Source of the DNA: Planctomycetota bacterium
GTDB lineage: Bacteria > Planctomycetota > UBA11346
Assembly (NCBI GenBank): GCA_038231435.1
Contig: JBBRLJ010000008.1
Coordinates: 1-64,000, forward strand
DNA length: 64,000 bases
Direction of reading: 5' to 3'
The notes under the pieces are model-generated. The model worked only from the letters and a program-made list of their open reading frames with translations. It was not told where the DNA came from and searched no databases. Both the position numbers and the translations under genes were made by a program. How positions within the stretch are numbered: the stretch's first letter is position 1; the number at the start of each line of letters is the position of its first letter. Below are positions 58,850-64,000 of this stretch, one piece after another.

Positions 58850-60252
58850 GCGGTCTCCCTCTGCGAACCGGTCTCGCGTTTGCGCGCATGCCCGCGATCT
58901 GGTGGGTTCTGGGTGCCTACACCGTGGCGATGGGGGCGATGGTGGTGTTCATGTTCCGGATCGAGGGGTCGCCGGACGAGCGGCAGGCGCAGGCCAATCT
59001 GGTCGCCGTTGGCGTCATCGTCCTCGCCGGGTTCGCGGCCTTAAGCCTGGGCACCGTGGCGCGCGTGCTGGTGTCGCGTCCGCAGGCAACGGTGGTTCCT
59101 GGTTTCGTGCCGCGCGCCTTGCTCCCGGCCGGCATGGCGTCCCTGATGCTGATCTGCGTGGTGCCGATGGCGGCTTTGGGGATCTTGGGCGCGGCCACCG
59201 TGGCGTCGACGATGCTGCCGGTGGCGGCGACCGTCAGCGCCTGGATCGGTTGCACTCTGCTGATCCGCCACCAGGTGCAGGCATTGACCTGGATCGGCGT
59301 GCTCGGGTCGATCGTCGTCATCCTGGCGGTGTCGCTGCCGGAACAGGCGCGGCGGGTGTCCGATTGGCATCCGCCGTTGGTGGTCCCGATCGTCACGTGG
59401 GTCCTGTGCTCGGCGGTCTGCGGGTGCATCATCCGTCGCCTGGTGGCCTTGCGCGAGGAGGACCCTGCTTACTTCGATCCCCGGTATTTCGATATCGACC
59501 GCGCCAGGGAGATCTCTGGACTCAAGACCGAGTCCCTCGCGAGCGGCGGAGCGGTGCTCTCCGTCAACCGCTGGAGCCACGTGCTGCGGCGTGGTGTCCC
59601 CTTCGGACGCGATTGCATGATCTTCGGCGTCACTGCCGGCTGCATGGTCGGGTTGGTGCCGCGCATGCTGACCTCGTCGTGGACCTCGTGGAACGCTTGG
59701 AGCACGCCATCGGTGCCAGCAGACTACGGGATGATAGTCTGGATCGCGCTGTCGTTCCTGGTCGCGATGTCTGCCGGAGCGACCAATCCATTGCTGCTGC
59801 CCAACGATCCGGCCTTCCTCAAGGTGATGGCGCAGGAATCCTTGCGCCCGCTCGAGTGGGAACGCTTCTCGCGTGGTCTGGCGCTGGCGTTCGCCAGGCT
59901 GCAGACGCGTCGGTTGCTCACGGCCCTGCTCACCGCCATCGCGCTGGCCATGGCCATCGATCCGCAGTGGCGGCTCTTGCGCCTGGGGGCGGCGATGACC
60001 GTCGTGATCGTTGCCATCCAGCCGCTGCTGCTCGGGCTGGTCGCGCTCACCTCATCCATGGCGCAACGGTCCGTGCGCATTGCGCTCAGTGGGCTGATCT
60101 ACATGGCTGGGATCCCGGCTCTGTGCGGATGGATCTGGCTGGCGCACGCGCGTCCGTCGCTGTTCGTGTCGTCCTTCGTCGCCATCCTACTGATCGGAAT
60201 GTTCGCGCTGCGGATCTCAGCGAGGCGCTGGCGCTCCATGGATCTTGACTGA
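58846..60252 (+). CDS. Polytopic membrane protein, probable ABC permease
   Basis: About 12 hydrophobic segments; ATGA-coupled to the ATPase. Confidence 0.65.
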   Translation: MSGLPLRTGLAFARMPAIWWVLGAYTVAMGAMVVFMFRIEGSPDERQAQANLVAVGVIVLAGFAALSLGTVARVLVSRPQATVVPGFVPRALLPAGMASLMLICVVPMAALGILGAATVASTMLPVAATVSAWIGCTLLIRHQVQALTWIGVLGSIVVILAVSLPEQARRVSDWHPPLVVPIVTWVLCSAVCGCIIRRLVALREEDPAYFDPRYFDIDRAREISGLKTESLASGGAVLSVNRWSHVLRRGVPFGRDCMIFGVTAGCMVGLVPRMLTSSWTSWNAWSTPSVPADYGMIVWIALSFLVAMSAGATNPLLLPNDPAFLKVMAQESLRPLEWERFSRGLALAFARLQTRRLLTALLTAIALAMAIDPQWRLLRLGAAMTVVIVAIQPLLLGLVALTSSMAQRSVRIALSGLIYMAGIPALCGWIWLAHARPSLFVSSFVAILLIGMFALRISARRWRSMDLD

Positions 60253-60404
60253 TGTGATCAGCGTCCTGGCCGTGGCCGCTTCCCATTGAGGGGCAACATC
60301 CCACCTCGAGGGCATCTCCTCTGGTCAGCGACGGCTGCGCCGCTGTACACATCGACCACCTTGCCGTTCCTGCTCCGCGCGCGTATCTCCAGGCGGGGGC
60401 ACGC

Positions 60405-61096
60405 ATGGCTGGCATCGAGTTCATCGGCGGCGAAAAAGGTGGCGTGGGGAAATCGGTGGTGGCTCGCGTGCTCGCCCAGTACTGCATCGACAAGGGTCAG
60501 CCGTTCATCGGCTTCGACACCGATCGCTCCACTCGACATTCCTGCGCTTCTACGGCGATTTCGCCTCGCAGGCGGTGATCGATGATTTCGCGAGCCTGGA
60601 TCGCATCGCCGAGGCGGTGACGGCCGAACCGGGGCGCCGGGTGCTCGTCGATCTCGCCGCGCAGACCATGCCGCCACTTCGGCGCTGGCTCGAGGATTCC
60701 GGCGTGCTGTCGCTGCTATCCGACGCGGGCATACCGGTGCGCTGCTGGCACGTGATGGACGATGGTATGGACTCCATCAACCTGCTCGAGCGGTTGCTGC
60801 GCACCTTCGCGGCGCCGGCGAGCTTCGTGGTGGCGCTGAATCACGGTCGCGGGCGGAATTTCGCGAACTTCCACGCATCCGCGGCCAAGGCCCTGGCGGT
60901 CGAACGCGGTGCGACCATCCTCGAGCTGCGCGGCCTGCACGAGGCGTCGATGCGCAAGATCGACCTCCACGACGCCAGCTTCTGGGCGGCCAGCAACCAC
61001 CGTGGCACCGACACATCCCTGGGGCTGCTCGAACGCCAGCGCGTGAAGGTGTGGTTGTCGCGGACCTACGAGGATCTGGGTGGCTTGCTGGGGTGA
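60405..61096 (+). pseudogene. ParA/MinD-like ('mobilization protein'-type) P-loop ATPase, frameshift near 60530
   Basis: MAGIEFIGGEKGGVGKS...FDTDRS continues as HSTFLRFYGD...VDLAAQ only if one C is added at TCC|ACT. Confidence 0.7.
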
Positions 61097-61153
61097 TCGA
61101 CGCTTCCGAGGGTGCGTACCTGGTTCACCGGGTGAAACTGCGTCCGGCGAGGG

Positions 61154-61690
61154 TTACGCCGCTTCCGAGATCCGCTTCAGATTCGCCAGGCCCGCCTCGA
61201 AATCCTTGCCGATCATCCGGTCCATATCGCAGAACGTGCTCATCACCTTCATCATGTAGGGACGCGGTCCCTTCATAGCCCAGGTGATCACCGTGCCTCC
61301 GTTGGCGGGCGTGAGCGTGTACTCGGCGACGTTGTGGGCTTCGAAGGGCTTGAGGAAATCCAGCGTGATCGCGAGTCTCGTGGAAGCCGTTGCCTCGGTG
61401 ATCTCCATGCGCCCCTCGCCGACCTTCTTGTTGCCCTTCCAGGCGTAGACGGCGCCCTTGCCGCGCGGCGCTCCGCTGAAGGAGCGCGTGAGGGCGGGAT
61501 CCAGTTTCTCCCACGGCGACCACGAAGCCCAGTGGTGGAAGTCGTCGAGGAATGCGAAGACCTTCTCTGGCGGCGCGGCGATGGTGGTCGAGCGCTGGAT
61601 GACGAAGGCCGCGGACTTGGTCGTGGCATGGATGAGTACGATGGCGATGAGCGTGGCCAGGACGCCGACGATGGAGAGGAAGATGGTCAT
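61154..61690 (-). CDS. SRPBCC (polyketide cyclase-like) protein
   Basis: WSPWEKLDP, GAVYAWKGN, IGKDFEAGLANLK. Confidence 0.9.
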   Translation of the reverse strand: MTIFLSIVGVLATLIAIVLIHATTKSAAFVIQRSTTIAAPPEKVFAFLDDFHHWASWSPWEKLDPALTRSFSGAPRGKGAVYAWKGNKKVGEGRMEITEATASTRLAITLDFLKPFEAHNVAEYTLTPANGGTVITWAMKGPRPYMMKVMSTFCDMDRMIGKDFEAGLANLKRISEAA

Positions 61691-61812
61691 GGTTGTCCGA
61701 TGTGGAGGGGGACTGTCCGGCGGAGGTCATGGCATCGGGCGGTGATTTCAAGCCGCACGACGCATCATCGCCGCCGCGCGGGGAATCCCGCTTGACGTGC
61801 AGGGAAAGCATC

Positions 61813-61836
61813 ATATTTAACCAAATAGTTAAATAT
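61813..61836. promoter_or_regulatory. ArsR operator palindrome overlapping the start codon
   Basis: ATATTTAAC-CAAATA-GTTAAATAT. Confidence 0.75.
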
Positions 61837-62251
61837 GGCGATCGACCGTCTCAGCACCACTTTTGCCGCGCTCGCCGACCCGACGCGGCGCGCCATCCTC
61901 GCGCGCCTGTGCGTCGGAGAATCCTCGGTCACCGAGTTGGCGAAACCGTTCGCGATGAGCCTGCCGGCGATCTCCAAGCATCTCAAGGTGCTCGAGCGCG
62001 CCGACCTGATCGCGCGCGGTCGCGACGCGCAATGGCGACCGTGCAGGCTCGAGGCGAAACCGCTGCGCGAGGCTTCGGACTGGATCGAGCACTACCGCCG
62101 CTTCTGGGAGGAGAGCCTCGACCGCCTCGAGGATTACCTGCGCGAGCTGCAGGCGCGGCCGCACCACCAGCACCCCCCGACCACGTCGGTGCCCGATCAG
62201 CCACCACCATCCCCCGGGACGATCGGGGCGATCGATCCGGATACCAACTGA
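61835..62251 (+). CDS. ArsR family regulator
   Basis: FAALADPTRRAIL...SLPAISKHLKVLE. Confidence 0.92.
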   Translation: MAIDRLSTTFAALADPTRRAILARLCVGESSVTELAKPFAMSLPAISKHLKVLERADLIARGRDAQWRPCRLEAKPLREASDWIEHYRRFWEESLDRLEDYLRELQARPHHQHPPTTSVPDQPPPSPGTIGAIDPDTN

Positions 62252-62369
62252 ACCATTCGCGATGGAGCGATCCATCACATCGCTCTGCCGAATTCGCCCG
62301 GACTCGCCCGCGATCTTCCACACATCACACACCACACACCACACACCACAGGCCATCAAGGAATCCTCA

Positions 62370-62879
62370 ATGGTAGAAAGGTCCGCGAATCCCAAAGAGT
62401 TCGTCATCTCACGCGTGTTCGCCGCGCCGCGCCAGCTGGTGTACGATGCCTGGACGCGGAAGGAGCACCTGATGCGCTGGTTCGGCCCCAAGGGCTTCAC
62501 CATGCTCGCCGCCCACGCCGACATCCGTCCCGGTGGCAGCTTCCATTACGGCATGCGCTCGCCAGAGGGGCACGAGATGTGGGGCAAATGGGTGTTTCGC
62601 GAACTGGTCGCGCCGGAGCGGATCGTGCTCGTCAGTTCCTTCTCCGATGCCAACGGCGGCGTGGCCAGGCACCCCATGAGCCCGACCTGGCCGCGCGAAA
62701 CGCTGTCGACCACGACCCTCACCGAGCAGGCGGGCAAGACCACCCTCGTCCTGCGCTCGGCTCCGCTTGATGCGAGCGATGCGGAGCGCGCGACGTTCGA
62801 TGGCGCGTTCGACGGCATGGACAAGGGCTGGGGCGGCACCATGGACCAGTTCGCCGCCTATCTTGCGACCCTCACATGA
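62370..62879 (+). CDS. SRPBCC/AHSA1 family protein
   Basis: ISRVFAAPRQLV..AWT, WFGPKG, GWGGTMDQ. Confidence 0.9.
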   Translation: MVERSANPKEFVISRVFAAPRQLVYDAWTRKEHLMRWFGPKGFTMLAAHADIRPGGSFHYGMRSPEGHEMWGKWVFRELVAPERIVLVSSFSDANGGVARHPMSPTWPRETLSTTTLTEQAGKTTLVLRSAPLDASDAERATFDGAFDGMDKGWGGTMDQFAAYLATLT

Positions 62880-63322
62880 CCCCCGGAGTGACCATGACCA
62901 GCGACGACGCTTCCAAATCCCCCACCCGGTTCCTGCCCGCGATCGGCCGGGTGCTGATGGGATTGGCCTTCACGTTCTTCGGCTCGAACGGGCTGTTCCA
63001 CTACCTGCCCGATCCGAAGATGGAATTGCCCGATAAGGCCATGTCGTTCATCATGGCCCTGGTGAACAGCGGTTACATGATGCCGATGATCTGCGGTACC
63101 CAGCTGATCGTCGGCCTGATGCTGCTGACCAATCGCTTTGTGCCGCTGGCGCTCGCCCTGATCGCGCCCTTCATCGTCAACAGCGTGGCCTTCCACCTGT
63201 TCCTCGAACCGGGCGGCCGCGTCATGTCGCTGATCGTCCTGGCCTTCGAGCTCGCGCTCGCCTGGGCGTATCGCGGGTCGTTCAAGCCGATGCTCGCGAT
63301 GAAGGCCAAGCCGGGGCCGTGA
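62876..63322 (+). CDS. DoxX family membrane protein
   Basis: RVLMGLAF...SGY...RFVPLALALIAP..VN...FH. Confidence 0.8.
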   Translation: MTPGVTMTSDDASKSPTRFLPAIGRVLMGLAFTFFGSNGLFHYLPDPKMELPDKAMSFIMALVNSGYMMPMICGTQLIVGLMLLTNRFVPLALALIAPFIVNSVAFHLFLEPGGRVMSLIVLAFELALAWAYRGSFKPMLAMKAKPGP

Positions 63323-63400
63323 CCGGCGGATTGTCCGGGTTTGACGCCTCCGCTTCCCTCTCACCGATGGCGGCTACACCCATTCCCCAGGGGTCCGACC

Positions 63401-64000
63401 ATGCGGGTGCTTCTCGATCGACCGCCATTCCATGGGCCGGCCAAGAACCGCTGGGAGCGCGGCTGGTGGCCGGCGCTGTGGCTCGAGCCAGAGACCCCGC
63501 CGGTCCTGGGTCCGCAGGTATGGGCGTGGCGCCGGCGCTTCACGCTCGATGCGGCCACGCGGATCAGACTGCACGTCAGCGCCGACGAGCGTTACGAACT
63601 GTATCTCGATGGTGAGCGCATCGGCTGTGGCCCCGAGCGCGGCGATCGCCAGGTGTGGTATTTCGAATCCCACGATCTCGACCTCGTAGCCGGCGAGCAC
63701 CTGCTGACCGCTCGCACCTGGTGGTTGGGGCCGGACGCGCCCGCGCCCTATGCGCAGGTGTCGCTGCGCCCGGCCTTCCTGCTCGCTGCCGAGAACGTCG
63801 ATAAAGCGCTGCTGAATACCGGCCACGCGCCGTGGGAAGCGCAGCGCATCGATGGCTACTCGCTGATCCCGCCAGGGATGACCTGGGCGACCGGCGTGAA
63901 GGTCGAGATCGATGGCTCGCGTTATCCGTGGGGCTGGGAGCTCGGCGGCGGCGGCGGCTGGACGCAGCCCAAACCCATCTGCACCGCCGGCAACGAGAGC
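63401..64000 (+). CDS. Alpha-L-rhamnosidase (GH78)-like protein, N-terminal part (runs off window)
   Basis: Open from ATG 63401 (not in the ORF track): WRRRFTL...LHVSADERYELYLDGERIGCGPERGD. Confidence 0.75.
   Translation, partial: MRVLLDRPPFHGPAKNRWERGWWPALWLEPETPPVLGPQVWAWRRRFTLDAATRIRLHVSADERYELYLDGERIGCGPERGDRQVWYFESHDLDLVAGEHLLTARTWWLGPDAPAPYAQVSLRPAFLLAAENVDKALLNTGHAPWEAQRIDGYSLIPPGMTWATGVKVEIDGSRYPWGWELGGGGGWTQPKPICTAGNES

Overview
High-GC bacterial chromosomal window, most likely Planctomycetota or another PVC lineage (inferred from the ECF/FecR pairs, a prepilin-type H-X9-DG protein and the style of the integrase-core remnants). 1-12 kb is accessory: the 3' end of an ISL3 element, two decayed integrase-core IS remnants with shared terminal repeats, an ~86-bp structured repeat pair around a methyltransferase, and two divergent three-gene modules (ECF sigma, FecR-type anti-sigma with its own extracytoplasmic domain, large secreted beta-helix protein with a shared CG[ML]GSG-TM-Arg tail). 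In module 1 the anti-sigma C-terminal domain looks like a degenerate copy of the beta-helix domain of the neighbouring secreted protein; this is the best candidate for an undescribed system. 12-27 kb has stress, regulator and transport genes and a LacI-linked clan GH-A hydrolase. 27-34 kb is a prpBCD plus thiolase/hbd/acyl-CoA dehydrogenase cluster. 34-45 kb is a tightly coupled glycan-utilisation operon (GntR, DUF5696-like, pilin-like protein, two GH71-like proteins, one fused to an FGE-sulfatase domain). 45-57 kb has further carbohydrate genes. 57-64 kb has a YtrA-type GntR/ABC operon, a frameshifted P-loop ATPase, ArsR/SRPBCC/DoxX genes and the start of a GH78-like gene. I saw no rRNA, complete tRNA or CRISPR array. 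All family calls come from motif recognition by eye, not database searches.
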